Shown: in pieces, positions 45,801 through 54,220 of the stretch
Position numbering within the stretch: the first letter of the stretch is position 1
How the letters are laid out: every line of letters begins with the position of its first letter
Virus record (IMG/VR): IMGVR_UViG_3300031857_000054
Span: 43,018 to 107,017 of that record
Source: a virus
Strand: one strand, 5' to 3'
DNA: 64,000 nt
Notes under the pieces: model-generated
Seen by the model: only the letters and a program-made list of their open reading frames with translations
Told to the model about the DNA's origin: nothing
Databases searched by the model: none
Position numbers and translations under genes: made by a program

Positions 45801-46687
45801 GAGCTGCTGTAGGTAACTTGTTAGACATCATTGGACGTGATGTTCTTGGAGGTCGTACCGTAAAATCTTTGAGTGAGTATATCAAAGAAGCAGAAGGTAT
45901 GGGTAAATCTCTGAGAGAAGGTAAAGGATACAAACTTGAGTTTACACAAGAACAGTTTGATGCTTTAGTAGCAGAACTAGAAAGTGTTAAAAAAGAACTT
46001 ACTCGTCAGGGATACAAAGTATATACTGAAGGACTTGTAATCTATCGTAAGTACACTCAGGAAGAAAAGGTAGCTACAGGTTTTGCTGGTGTTGCAGGTG
46101 CTATGGATATTGTAGCAGTAGACAAAGACGGAGGTGTTCATATCATTGACTTCAAGAACAAGAAGTTTAAGAATACTCAAACGTTTAAGTCAAGCATGTA
46201 TAACTCCAATGAACGTTTCCCTTCTAACATTAGTAAGTGGGGTACGCAGCAAACTGCATACGGTGTATTATCAGGTGACTTTGGTTTACCTATTCGTTCA
46301 ATTAATATCTTAGCTTTTGCTTCTCAGTATGAAGAAAGTAATGGAGTTATTACAGTTAATATGTTGAGTAAAGGTAGTGACCAGGTTCCTGTGTTAGCAC
46401 AGAACAAGAGTGACATTTCTGACTCAATTATTAGATTAAAATATGATAGCAAAATTGCTGCACAAATTAATTCACGTACAGTAAAGCCTACTCCTCAACC
46501 ACTTAACAAGGAAGCTGATAAAGTACAACTAGAGACTATCAAAGAAAATGTTCCTGATTTGACTGATTCAGAAGCTAGAAACGCTAGTCTTGTATTATCT
46601 TCGCTAGGTATGAATTTAAACAATGTAAAATCTGGTTTAGATTCTAAAGACGAAAATCCCACCACTAAAAATCCCCCTACCTGTTAA
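39833..46687 (+). CDS. Giant virion ejection protein with C-terminal PD-(D/E)xK nuclease domain
   Basis: 2284 aa. Gly-rich hydrophobic segment. VYTEG..GVAGAMDIVAVD..IIDFK..QQTAY RecB/Cas4-like motifs. Confidence 0.8.
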   Translation: MYTPGTIKAIGLMSKGVSSDRAFAEGRNIDLQAAQTRINFYTQESLKSSMLTSLPSTASSTNINTPGVASTTPAKVTNPTPSTTISKTWDDMIKEGYKRNTGDGSYLANAPGMVQAPVATGSQKKLKTFFDDRYMPTQKELEQQKNIEVKDDLLYIENSLKNNGWGVKNANEGIQVAAQRTASILSKPVSETSLVGDLTSMLTPEKQAEVKEQEKQRVKSFETSASNYFKSTSIPDLVKTKKLLYTDIDGQLKDLEEQSKYWSQSAIRSGDQQSIKDSQERVGKITAKKLELNKLKNSLEDTYEKRVTAIKSKETVGALEQLRTNFKTDEDFLKSLDSFKNKAGGLATVSSDFTKVLKDIYNENYLDRALTEADIETGGKKVINEIALQRFLEGTPLTTGALGEVNESRYDGFKGDLIKSHLQLGQGITTELTNKVITAVKRQEQLVKEAESSTITPNRLQEIQKEISVLQQSVDFNKKLIDKTSEIHNPEAFKTNKELTNFLGTYVEREEKKEALSKFYFKQDYGVAKGAYIVGRTGQKVAQGVAQQFLGNIIEGLGGATGWEWLETKGRRFNNAVTVEELVNFDKVNSRGQYQTTADFIFEDAEGNREYNPSALVFQGGEMLPLIVGSMYGGGAIAGGAGRLMARNLKTLTAKGMMSSARAAQFTGTLAKTGSYRAAFQNVTAASKNPLVQQLSARVPNAMSMTAIVYPQQFVATYRDLYEKGVENARTKAHAIASISTGIEVLTENIFPDMKYLDDFAEKGIFGKAWVGSYQQYRTLYGNVFGDAFSPTTLDYLATRSLNLAGKGASVGRFMLARGTEEGIEEVSAELMNFFADNEGLANLKGEPAKELTVDGLITAFSGSYFTFPIGAGKQIKAHNENRKYGEMYDIMLNAQYYKNKIDQELKAGKITADKAATALGKIQELEAIEKEYGVRNLKNLDNKKLEQLTDLMEDQHLQFDYFKNILKKNSIDEKLTSLDKQTYTEDQKKELIAMSEEAAKTIDQYKKKSDFYSQLTDEDKKGVLDNSINGKLQLTRFARTEDIENLGSNLEDYAATVVASRRPGYFVESIRQYRDNVKKIKDEREQAEQDAIAGGTYNPLVDAIENKTPTTTPTSITSQDELQGVLAQAVMAPDRGGDLVAYFNGSFDQQLEAIEADTERVTAMYLESVSSSGQSGDTIEMQPDGTEEISTQERDPIDNDKRIADLTEEQQDELAEMLAELNNQYDDVLERKQTIAKVVGTAIDAVAPSEIMGMTDAAAQTEAYTEWVKDLLTKVTEEAEAVRQVMADDTSLAQSVFYDKISYLEYKADNKEKIDKKLAEIKKIKEERKAAETPTVEETRNNVTAKEKSEETGKEVSIEVPELIQSDVTPEFAQGLTALETMPKSRLTATASQAAGDIVTDEEYNAQRGVVIQNLLGEVLGSTSLDSALAKMYSIMEAAEVSVEEKAKTLELMKKVANSEPVLEEDYTHMFELLLIKANLDLAKLKFTGPEAEVEVPAIVATQVDERTAEEIERTTAIPAPVTKKAKTKKVEAKISLPAEQPTAETNVIDTLANNQKIVSEVKVEVATTEEAKSEVQSKNQIVSTSKIYRPGDPNARTAEHFTIQEKIIESVDKEFRTVNTAVVDLFTIVEQVLGAETLVKMEEIFDEVQSKPTPERLQELRGQFLKLFPANFMDIGKIEYMFDTQMVKNVSQSDLTQVNERNLNATETEIYQVNKGRKVPEVKLKDGRIIKDTVVRESNGKLLLLKAVDVLDAKGKPITDKEGKPIVDKTWIRFEQIANPTEILAYPIIGTEPMTFTALNVLTFTVLDGDGKVQKYNNNGDKTESGNKVLITYLPTSKGKANPTPQQKAFDTMRNSVSQGERVVHNVKITGPSDSDSEVTMPDKTVKKGNYGFTFSTETLTPVDKTLPIAEVEEEKAVTQIIANKGNQQDSVNALEVLVKKAKTIPDPSKEGYLIDGERYERQSGFTRRVMGKTQVDTEDSVINMEKGAAVGNLLDIIGRDVLGGRTVKSLSEYIKEAEGMGKSLREGKGYKLEFTQEQFDALVAELESVKKELTRQGYKVYTEGLVIYRKYTQEEKVATGFAGVAGAMDIVAVDKDGGVHIIDFKNKKFKNTQTFKSSMYNSNERFPSNISKWGTQQTAYGVLSGDFGLPIRSINILAFASQYEESNGVITVNMLSKGSDQVPVLAQNKSDISDSIIRLKYDSKIAAQINSRTVKPTPQPLNKEADKVQLETIKENVPDLTDSEARNASLVLSSLGMNLNNVKSGLDSKDENPTTKNPPTC

Positions 46688-46689
46688 CA

Positions 46690-49600
46690 ATGAACGCTTG
46701 TAGCATAAAAGGAACGCCCTACGAAGAAGAGTACAGACAGTTTATGTCTGAGGGTCGAATGATATTTGCATGGAATAAAAACAATGAACAGCCTCTAGAT
46801 AAAATAAAAGTAGGTAATGAAGTTGTAGAAAATCCATTGTACACCGAGTTGATGGCTCATCCTATTACACAAGGTAATAGGACAGAGGCATTAAAAATCA
46901 TTGCCGAGACATTTCAAAGCGACTTTACAAGTAAGTATACTCCAGGAGATAATGGACAGTTTTCTTTAGTTCAAGTTATAGATTACCTACAGCAAAAACA
47001 AAAGAGAATTGAGGATGCTTTAGCTCAGAAGATACAGAGTGTAAACGTAACTACAAGTAAAAGTATTAACTTCTATGAGGCTCAGATTAACGGAACCCCG
47101 ACAGAGATTCACTTTAGTGATGCTGAAGGACAAGAAATCTTTGAAACCTTTGAGTACATGCTTGGTGAGTATGGTAGTTGGGCTGAAGTACAACAACAGT
47201 TATTAAGTCATAAGAATAACCTAATCTCTAAGATTGATCCCAACAACGCTACTAGTATAGACATTAAACAACTAAAGGCATTGGTAGAGATATCAGAAAA
47301 CTTTGAGTTGTTTAGAGATTGGTATGAGGACCAAGAAGGTGTAGTAGGTATAGAAGAACTCGAAGCTGAATTAGGAGAGAGTCAAGACTGGAAGACTAAA
47401 GAGAAGTCACAGAAAGAAAGAGCAAGTAAAAGAATCCTTGCACTAGTAACTTCACTGCCGTCTTATAGAAAAGCAAGTGTAGGAGAATACAACTTTGCTG
47501 AGGAGAGACCATACAAAAGTGATGAGAAGGTAATAATCCAAGGAACATTACTAGGTTTACCTAAGTCTGGTGACTTCCAAAAGAACTGGAACTTGTTGAG
47601 TACAGCTTTATCGGGAATTACCGATTATACAAAACAATATGATGAGATTGCAATCTTAGCAAAAACTCATCCTCAGTTTAACAATCTACTAAAAAAGATT
47701 CCTAACCCACGTGTAGCAAACAGTACAAAGACAATCAAACAAATTATGTTTGCTATGGGACTAAAGAGAATCTTTAGTAACCCAGAAACAATAGCTGTAT
47801 CCCTTGACGTAAGTAAGAAAGGTAACTCTGTGTTTGTTACCCAACAGATAAAAGGATTCAGAAACATCAAGAACCTATTCAATCAATTAGACAAAAACTA
47901 CTTTGCGTATAACAAAGACTACGCAATGGTGGGAGATACTGGTACAGAGTTTAACGTAGATAAATTTGTCTCTGACTTTTCAAATCTGTTTTCTAATGAT
48001 GTAGCTAAAGCTGCACTCATGATGAAGGATGTAAAGAAGAAGAAAGAACTTATCAAAGGTTTGTTTACTGGTCCTAATAAAAGTTACTACATCAATGAGT
48101 TTACTAAGTTGTTAAATGCACTAGGAGTAGGGTTATCTAATAAAGAGTATTTACTGCCTTCTAACATTGGTACAACAACTGAAATGTATGCTGAGTACTT
48201 TGCAAGTTTCTCAAACATCTTTGCTAAGTTAAGACTAACTGCTCAAATCAATAGTGAACTTTTAAAGAACAGTAGACCTACAATCAGTATTAAAGGTCCT
48301 TTGGCTTACATAGCAAATGCTGATGCGGCTGTTTTTCCTGATGGAAAGAACCCTTCTGAGGATGTTAAAGCGGCAGCACAACAACTTGTTTCTGATAGAA
48401 AAACTCCATTCAAGATAGAAGGAGTATTTGGTTTCCTACAGAAGAAGCAATCAGAATTAACAAGACTCGTAGAGTACATTAGTTCTTATGATATAGAACT
48501 TCGTCCTAGTTCTTACTTGACTGCAGAAGACAAAAAGAAGTTTATAAGAGGCCCATGGTTTTACTTGACTCAAAACACAAAAGCTGTTAATGAGGCTAGT
48601 AACTATGAAGAGTTAATTACAACTCCAGGTTTTGAAAGATTTGACTACCGCAAGAATCCAGATATTCTTGGATCTGTTTGGTTGACTCGTCTATTTGGTT
48701 TACCTAAAACTGTTAGAGAGATTGAAAGTCGTCCCCTCAATAGTTATAAAAAACAAGAGAAGTTTGGACTTCCTGTAAACCTTGAAATTAGAGACTTCAA
48801 TGGTATAGAGTTCAAGAACATGGGAGAAAAGGTAGGTAAAACTACCACTAACCTACATCCTGGTGATAAAGTTATGCAGGACTTTATGAGTTTCTTTCAA
48901 AGCACAGAGATGGAGAACATCCGTTTTGGAGACAAGTCAAGTTCATTTAGCATTTACTTCAGTAACCCTGTACTTGGAGAGAAGATATATGTCCCTATCT
49001 CTACTAGTAGATTAGAAGGAAAGCCTGATGGTGACGCAGAGATAAGTGCTAAGCAGCAATTCCTAGATACAATGACAGGGTATTTGCAATCTGAGTTCAC
49101 TAGAGTTTTGGATTTGATTAGTAACCCTCAGTCAGCAAATACTACCTATCAGAAGTACGGTAAGAACCTATTTATCTTCGGAGAGATTCTACCTGATATA
49201 GCAGACAAAGTAAAAAATGCAGAGACAAGAGAGCAACTAGTTAGTTTGTACGAACTTGCTGTACAATCACTTCCTGCAGCTTTAGATAACTATTTTAAGA
49301 AAGAAGCAAGTAATCTTGTACGTACTATGGTTAAGACTATGTCTTTGCCTATAGACAGACAATCTAGACCTACTGATGAAAGAACTAGATTGTTGAGTAC
49401 AGTTGCATCTTTGAATAAGTTAAAGTTTGTTAACAGCCAGTTACTTCCAAAAGGCTATGACTTAAAAGTAACTGCAAATAACCTACAGTATCTTGCTGAG
49501 TTGTACATAAAGAATGGATTCATCAACAACGTAGAGTTTATGAAATTCTTTGTAGGTGACTTAGCAAACTTCAATAAGACAGACAAAGATGCTCGTGAGG

Positions 49601-52600
49601 TATTTAAACGTATTCCTTTTACTTCTTCTCCTGGAACTCCTCCATATTGGGATAGCGCTTTACAAGAATTTTTCAAAGAAGATGCTAACCAAGATTCTTT
49701 AAGTAGAATCTACACAGGCACATCACACGCATTTAGTCCTATTGTAAGAACTGTAGTATACAACGATATACTTACGTTTGAGGCAGACGAGTTTGAGAAG
49801 TATAAAGAAGTCTATAACAGTGGTCTATGGGATTCTCTTTCAGAGAACGAACGTTACGAGTATGATGCATACGTAAACAAAAGTGACGAAGAGGCAAATG
49901 CTCAAGGTGTAGTTACTTTAGATTTCTACAGAAACTATCTTATTTCTATTGAAGGTTGGAGTGACGCACAAGAAAAGTCATTCAATGACCAAGTAAGGAT
50001 AGCTCAGATTACCCAAGACCTAAAGAACAATCCTGCTAACGCACAAGACTTAATAGAAGAGCGTAGAGGACTTATTGAAAAGACAGGTAACGTACCATTC
50101 CCTCCTCTTAAGTTGGGACACTATGGACCTATAGTAGAAGATCCAAAGTTGAATGCTTTACACAAGTATTCTTTGGTTCCACTAATACCGAGTGCAATCA
50201 TTGGCAAACAACTTGAAAAACAGTTAGAGTTAATGTATCAGAACAGAGTTGACTATTATACTTTTAAATCTGGTTCTAAGATGGCTAACTACGGAGAGAT
50301 GTTAGATTTCTACAAAGTAGCTGAAGATGCTGATGGCAATCAAATGAAAGTAATGAATGATGCTCTTTCTGATAGGAACGTAACATCTATTCACTTACAT
50401 AACCTAAGACAGCAGCAGTACCAAGCACCTAAGTTTAAAGGAGAAAGTACTCTATCAACTCAGATGATGAAGTTGGTATTTGGAGATTTCTATGAGTTTG
50501 GTGAACTCTCTACTGATTTTACAGAACCTACTAGACAGTATGTAAGTAGTTTGTACGATAGGTTTAAGACTTCGTTGAACGACTTAGTTAAGTTTGAGCA
50601 AGTACGTCTAGAAAGAAAACTAGGAGTAACTAGAAACGCTGAAGGTAAGATAGAAAACATCAATCAACTTCAGTTGGCAAACTACCTTGCAAAAGAGTTT
50701 GAAAAGAAAGAAGTATCAGAATCACTTCGTAAGTATATCCAGGTAGATGATAAAGGTAACTTTAAGTACCCACTAGACGCTATCAATGACAGAAGTCAGA
50801 TAGAATCTATGTTGTTGAATCTAATCAACAGCAAAGTTATTAGTCAAAAAATCTTTGGAGAAAGTTATATTCAGATTGCAGGTTCTGGATTTGAAGCATC
50901 ACGTTTTGCTAAACCTACTAAAGAACAGTTAGAGAAGTATGGTGCAAACGACTTACAGTTCTACAGAGTAGATCCTGTTACAGGTGAGACTCTTCCTATG
51001 GAAGTAAGAGTAGGATTCAATCCTGAGAAACATAGCGGTTTACTTAAACTTATGTATAAGGAAAAACCAGTGGGTACTCTTGAGAATCTAAATGAGATTC
51101 TTAAGTCAGACAATCCATTGGCTCTTAAGTTTAAGGAGAAGTACAAAGAGCAGTTGACTATGGTTGGAGTACGTATTCCTGTACAAGGATTCCAATCAAT
51201 GGAACATGTAATTGTAAAAGAGTTTCTTCCAGAGTCTGCAGGTGCAATTATGATTCTTCCTGCACAGATTGTAGTTAAATCAGGGGGTGACTATGACATT
51301 GACAAACTTACTTTCTTTGAAACAGCGTATGACGAAAATGGTAACGTTATCGATAAAGCATTTGACTTAAAAGACTACGAGAGTAAGTTAGCTGAGCAGA
51401 GAGAACTTAAGAAAGAGAAACAACGTTTGTTAGGAATCCTTAAAGTAATCAAGGATGAGATGAACGAGAACGAGGCGTATGCTCAAAGAGAAGACTTAAA
51501 GAAAGAGTTAAAGAAGTTAGACGCTGAAGTAAAAAAATCACTAAAGAATCTTAACGGCCTACTAAATAGAGAAGAGTTCACAAAAGAAGACAAAGAAAAA
51601 GGACTCGACGAATTATCTGAAAGTAAGTATGCTTTAATGAGAGCAGTAGCTGACTTAAGGTCATTTGATGGGAAGAACGATACTAAAGCCTTAAATGTAA
51701 TGTCTGCTCTTAGAAAGGACTTAGCAGAAGTTAATAAGAAGATTAATCAAGTAGACGATTATAAAAAAGGCATAACTAACAACCTAGTACAAACTCTAAA
51801 AGAAGTATTGTCTATTGGTGAATTGTATGACCACTTAGTAGTTCCTAACAATAATAACATCCTTACCCAGTACACAGGTAAGAGTAGACCGATTAGCACC
51901 ACTCAGGTGTTTAATCCTATGACCTCTTGGAGAATCTACGCAGAGAACATCTTGTCTAAAGATGCTTTGGGTATCGATGCTAAGATTAACACTATGCAAA
52001 AGGAGTTTCAAAGAGCTAATCTTAAGTTCAACAGTAAACTCCTCAATGCCTACTATTTTCCATCAAACAAAGATGCTGAAGGTAACATACAACTAGGAGG
52101 CAAGAAAGACCAAGCAGGTAATCGTATATCTAAAATCCTAAGTGAGTTTATCAATGGTCACGTAGATATTGCAAAAGAAGATTGGATTATTCTTTTGGGT
52201 ATGAACCAAGAGACAAGTCCTCTAGCGCATGCTATGATTCTTGCAGGTACTCCTGTAAAAACAGTTATTGACTTTATTAAGTCTAAGCCAATACAATTGA
52301 TATTGGAGTTATCTAATCGTCCTGTAATCAACCAGAAACTAGACAAGGCATACTTTAGCAAGAACTCTGCTATTGTTTCTCTAATAAAAAGTATAGCATA
52401 CGAGATTACAGATCCAGATATTTCTAAAGAACTACAGTTAATAGCTAAGAATCAGACTGACAATCGAGTAAAAGGAAAGAAAGCATTAGGACAATACATT
52501 GAAACGTTGTTAAGTAATCCTAAGATAAACAAGTACTTAACTAATTTCAATCCAGAAGTAACACTAGTACCTGAAGAAACAGCCTTAAGAGACTTAGCTT

Positions 52601-54186
52601 ACTATCTTCAGTTTGGTGTAGTTGTAGCACAACAAGAAAGTCTAAGAGAACTTACCAGTTTAGCTGATTTTAACACAGCCAACTACAGAACTACTTTCCA
52701 AAGTGTAGAATTGTTGGACAAACAAAGCACATTGAAGAGTGCATTTAATGGAGAGGCAATTGACTTTATGTTTAAAGACTCTGCCTTGGCACAGTTTAAC
52801 GTAGGTTCTTTCACTTTAGATTTGATGAGTGAGACTTTTCCTCTTTCTGACTCTAAAGAAGTACATGCTCAATTGAATAAGATGCTTGAGTTCTCCGAGT
52901 TAGTTTCTGAGGACGAAAGAAGAGAAGCAATTACTCAGTACAAAAACAACCTACTGTACACTCACGTGGCTATGAATGCTAAGAATGAAAATGGTTCTTT
53001 GCTTGAGTACTACAGAGGGAAAGATGGATTGTTTGTTAAAAACATTGAGAACAACATGGCTCAACGTTTTGAAAAATTAGCTTCAAATCCCGATCTAAGA
53101 GGAAACTTCCTATTCAATAACTTATACATAGAAGACGATAACATCTTTGACAGAGAGTTTAGTTTCCATTTAAGAAACATTGAAAGTGTTGAGTATGGTA
53201 AACAGTACAGAGAAGCATTCCTAGAAGGGCTTAATCACGCTGATGCAGAGGTTAGAAGTTTCTTTAAAGACCTAGCATTGGGTTCTTTTATGCAGAACGG
53301 AGCTCACTATAGAAGTAGGGATGTATCTTCAGTAGTTCCCTTTGAGGCTTACGTAGAATACACTGCAACAGCCTATAACGAGCTAATAGACATGAAGGAC
53401 AACAATCCTGAAATGTTTAGCAAGTACTTAAGTCTAGTTGGATTTGCTACTGTGTTATCCAGAGCCAACGGTTCTAGACCTCTAATTGCCCTTCCGTCTT
53501 ATCTTTCTCAGTATCATAAAGAAGCCATTGATGCATTCTATCAATTGACTCCCGAGTTAGTAGAAAAAGTAACTGCACTAGAGAATGCAGTTTTAGGAAA
53601 AGAAGTAAGCCCAGTTACAAAACTAGAAGGACAGATGACATATTCCTATGGTAATGAAAAACGTCCTGATGTTACTGCTACTACTACTTTTGATGCAATT
53701 CTTAGTGGAGAAAGAACTGCTACGACTCGTTTTGAAAAGGACGGTAAATTAGACTATTGGAAAAGTGCTAAAGTAGGAGATATTATTACTTGGAAATCAG
53801 GGGATGGTCGTACTGTAGATGTAGAAGTAACTAAAGCATTACATCCTTTAGTTGGTTCTGGAAAGACTCCAGAGATATGGTCTAAGTTAGAGGGATGGTC
53901 AATAGGTCGTTTTAATACAAAGGTAAGACCTCTGATAAATCAAGCATATCAGATTGAGTTTAAATTAGTTAAGAGTGTAGATGTTACCAATACAAATAGT
54001 TTAAACCAAGATATGTTTGGTCCAGCAGAAACTCCTACTGATGTAGTGCCTCCTCAGAATCCTACTCTTCCTACTACTGATAAAGGTCCAGTTAATCTTA
54101 AGAACAAGTTAAACCCAGGTCAACCTGGCAATGACGAAGGAAACTTAGATGGCTTGGGCTTTGAAGAGGTCAGCTGTGATGTATAA
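46690..54186 (+). CDS. Virion-packaged single-chain two-barrel RNA polymerase (phi14:2 gp66-like) with C-terminal ASCH-like domain
   Basis: 2498 aa. RIPVQG and SGGDYDIDKL (DxDxD at 51289-51303), LSTQMMK, HVDIAKE. FDAILSGERTATTR near the C-terminus. Confidence 0.92.
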   Translation: MNACSIKGTPYEEEYRQFMSEGRMIFAWNKNNEQPLDKIKVGNEVVENPLYTELMAHPITQGNRTEALKIIAETFQSDFTSKYTPGDNGQFSLVQVIDYLQQKQKRIEDALAQKIQSVNVTTSKSINFYEAQINGTPTEIHFSDAEGQEIFETFEYMLGEYGSWAEVQQQLLSHKNNLISKIDPNNATSIDIKQLKALVEISENFELFRDWYEDQEGVVGIEELEAELGESQDWKTKEKSQKERASKRILALVTSLPSYRKASVGEYNFAEERPYKSDEKVIIQGTLLGLPKSGDFQKNWNLLSTALSGITDYTKQYDEIAILAKTHPQFNNLLKKIPNPRVANSTKTIKQIMFAMGLKRIFSNPETIAVSLDVSKKGNSVFVTQQIKGFRNIKNLFNQLDKNYFAYNKDYAMVGDTGTEFNVDKFVSDFSNLFSNDVAKAALMMKDVKKKKELIKGLFTGPNKSYYINEFTKLLNALGVGLSNKEYLLPSNIGTTTEMYAEYFASFSNIFAKLRLTAQINSELLKNSRPTISIKGPLAYIANADAAVFPDGKNPSEDVKAAAQQLVSDRKTPFKIEGVFGFLQKKQSELTRLVEYISSYDIELRPSSYLTAEDKKKFIRGPWFYLTQNTKAVNEASNYEELITTPGFERFDYRKNPDILGSVWLTRLFGLPKTVREIESRPLNSYKKQEKFGLPVNLEIRDFNGIEFKNMGEKVGKTTTNLHPGDKVMQDFMSFFQSTEMENIRFGDKSSSFSIYFSNPVLGEKIYVPISTSRLEGKPDGDAEISAKQQFLDTMTGYLQSEFTRVLDLISNPQSANTTYQKYGKNLFIFGEILPDIADKVKNAETREQLVSLYELAVQSLPAALDNYFKKEASNLVRTMVKTMSLPIDRQSRPTDERTRLLSTVASLNKLKFVNSQLLPKGYDLKVTANNLQYLAELYIKNGFINNVEFMKFFVGDLANFNKTDKDAREVFKRIPFTSSPGTPPYWDSALQEFFKEDANQDSLSRIYTGTSHAFSPIVRTVVYNDILTFEADEFEKYKEVYNSGLWDSLSENERYEYDAYVNKSDEEANAQGVVTLDFYRNYLISIEGWSDAQEKSFNDQVRIAQITQDLKNNPANAQDLIEERRGLIEKTGNVPFPPLKLGHYGPIVEDPKLNALHKYSLVPLIPSAIIGKQLEKQLELMYQNRVDYYTFKSGSKMANYGEMLDFYKVAEDADGNQMKVMNDALSDRNVTSIHLHNLRQQQYQAPKFKGESTLSTQMMKLVFGDFYEFGELSTDFTEPTRQYVSSLYDRFKTSLNDLVKFEQVRLERKLGVTRNAEGKIENINQLQLANYLAKEFEKKEVSESLRKYIQVDDKGNFKYPLDAINDRSQIESMLLNLINSKVISQKIFGESYIQIAGSGFEASRFAKPTKEQLEKYGANDLQFYRVDPVTGETLPMEVRVGFNPEKHSGLLKLMYKEKPVGTLENLNEILKSDNPLALKFKEKYKEQLTMVGVRIPVQGFQSMEHVIVKEFLPESAGAIMILPAQIVVKSGGDYDIDKLTFFETAYDENGNVIDKAFDLKDYESKLAEQRELKKEKQRLLGILKVIKDEMNENEAYAQREDLKKELKKLDAEVKKSLKNLNGLLNREEFTKEDKEKGLDELSESKYALMRAVADLRSFDGKNDTKALNVMSALRKDLAEVNKKINQVDDYKKGITNNLVQTLKEVLSIGELYDHLVVPNNNNILTQYTGKSRPISTTQVFNPMTSWRIYAENILSKDALGIDAKINTMQKEFQRANLKFNSKLLNAYYFPSNKDAEGNIQLGGKKDQAGNRISKILSEFINGHVDIAKEDWIILLGMNQETSPLAHAMILAGTPVKTVIDFIKSKPIQLILELSNRPVINQKLDKAYFSKNSAIVSLIKSIAYEITDPDISKELQLIAKNQTDNRVKGKKALGQYIETLLSNPKINKYLTNFNPEVTLVPEETALRDLAYYLQFGVVVAQQESLRELTSLADFNTANYRTTFQSVELLDKQSTLKSAFNGEAIDFMFKDSALAQFNVGSFTLDLMSETFPLSDSKEVHAQLNKMLEFSELVSEDERREAITQYKNNLLYTHVAMNAKNENGSLLEYYRGKDGLFVKNIENNMAQRFEKLASNPDLRGNFLFNNLYIEDDNIFDREFSFHLRNIESVEYGKQYREAFLEGLNHADAEVRSFFKDLALGSFMQNGAHYRSRDVSSVVPFEAYVEYTATAYNELIDMKDNNPEMFSKYLSLVGFATVLSRANGSRPLIALPSYLSQYHKEAIDAFYQLTPELVEKVTALENAVLGKEVSPVTKLEGQMTYSYGNEKRPDVTATTTFDAILSGERTATTRFEKDGKLDYWKSAKVGDIITWKSGDGRTVDVEVTKALHPLVGSGKTPEIWSKLEGWSIGRFNTKVRPLINQAYQIEFKLVKSVDVTNTNSLNQDMFGPAETPTDVVPPQNPTLPTTDKGPVNLKNKLNPGQPGNDEGNLDGLGFEEVSCDV

Positions 54187-54216
54187 TTGCATTCGTTTAA
54201 AAATCTATTAAATTTG
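54187..54216 (+). promoter_or_regulatory. Bacteroidota promoter abutting the start codon
   Basis: TTG (54187-89), 19 nt, TAAATTTG (54209-16). ATG at 54221. Confidence 0.6.
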
Positions 54217-54220
54217 TATA

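Noticed and set aside
46680-46700. Frameshift or readthrough fusing the giant genes into one polyprotein
   Set aside because: Each gene ends in TAA and the next has its own ATG in a different frame. No convincing slippery site or stimulatory structure was seen.
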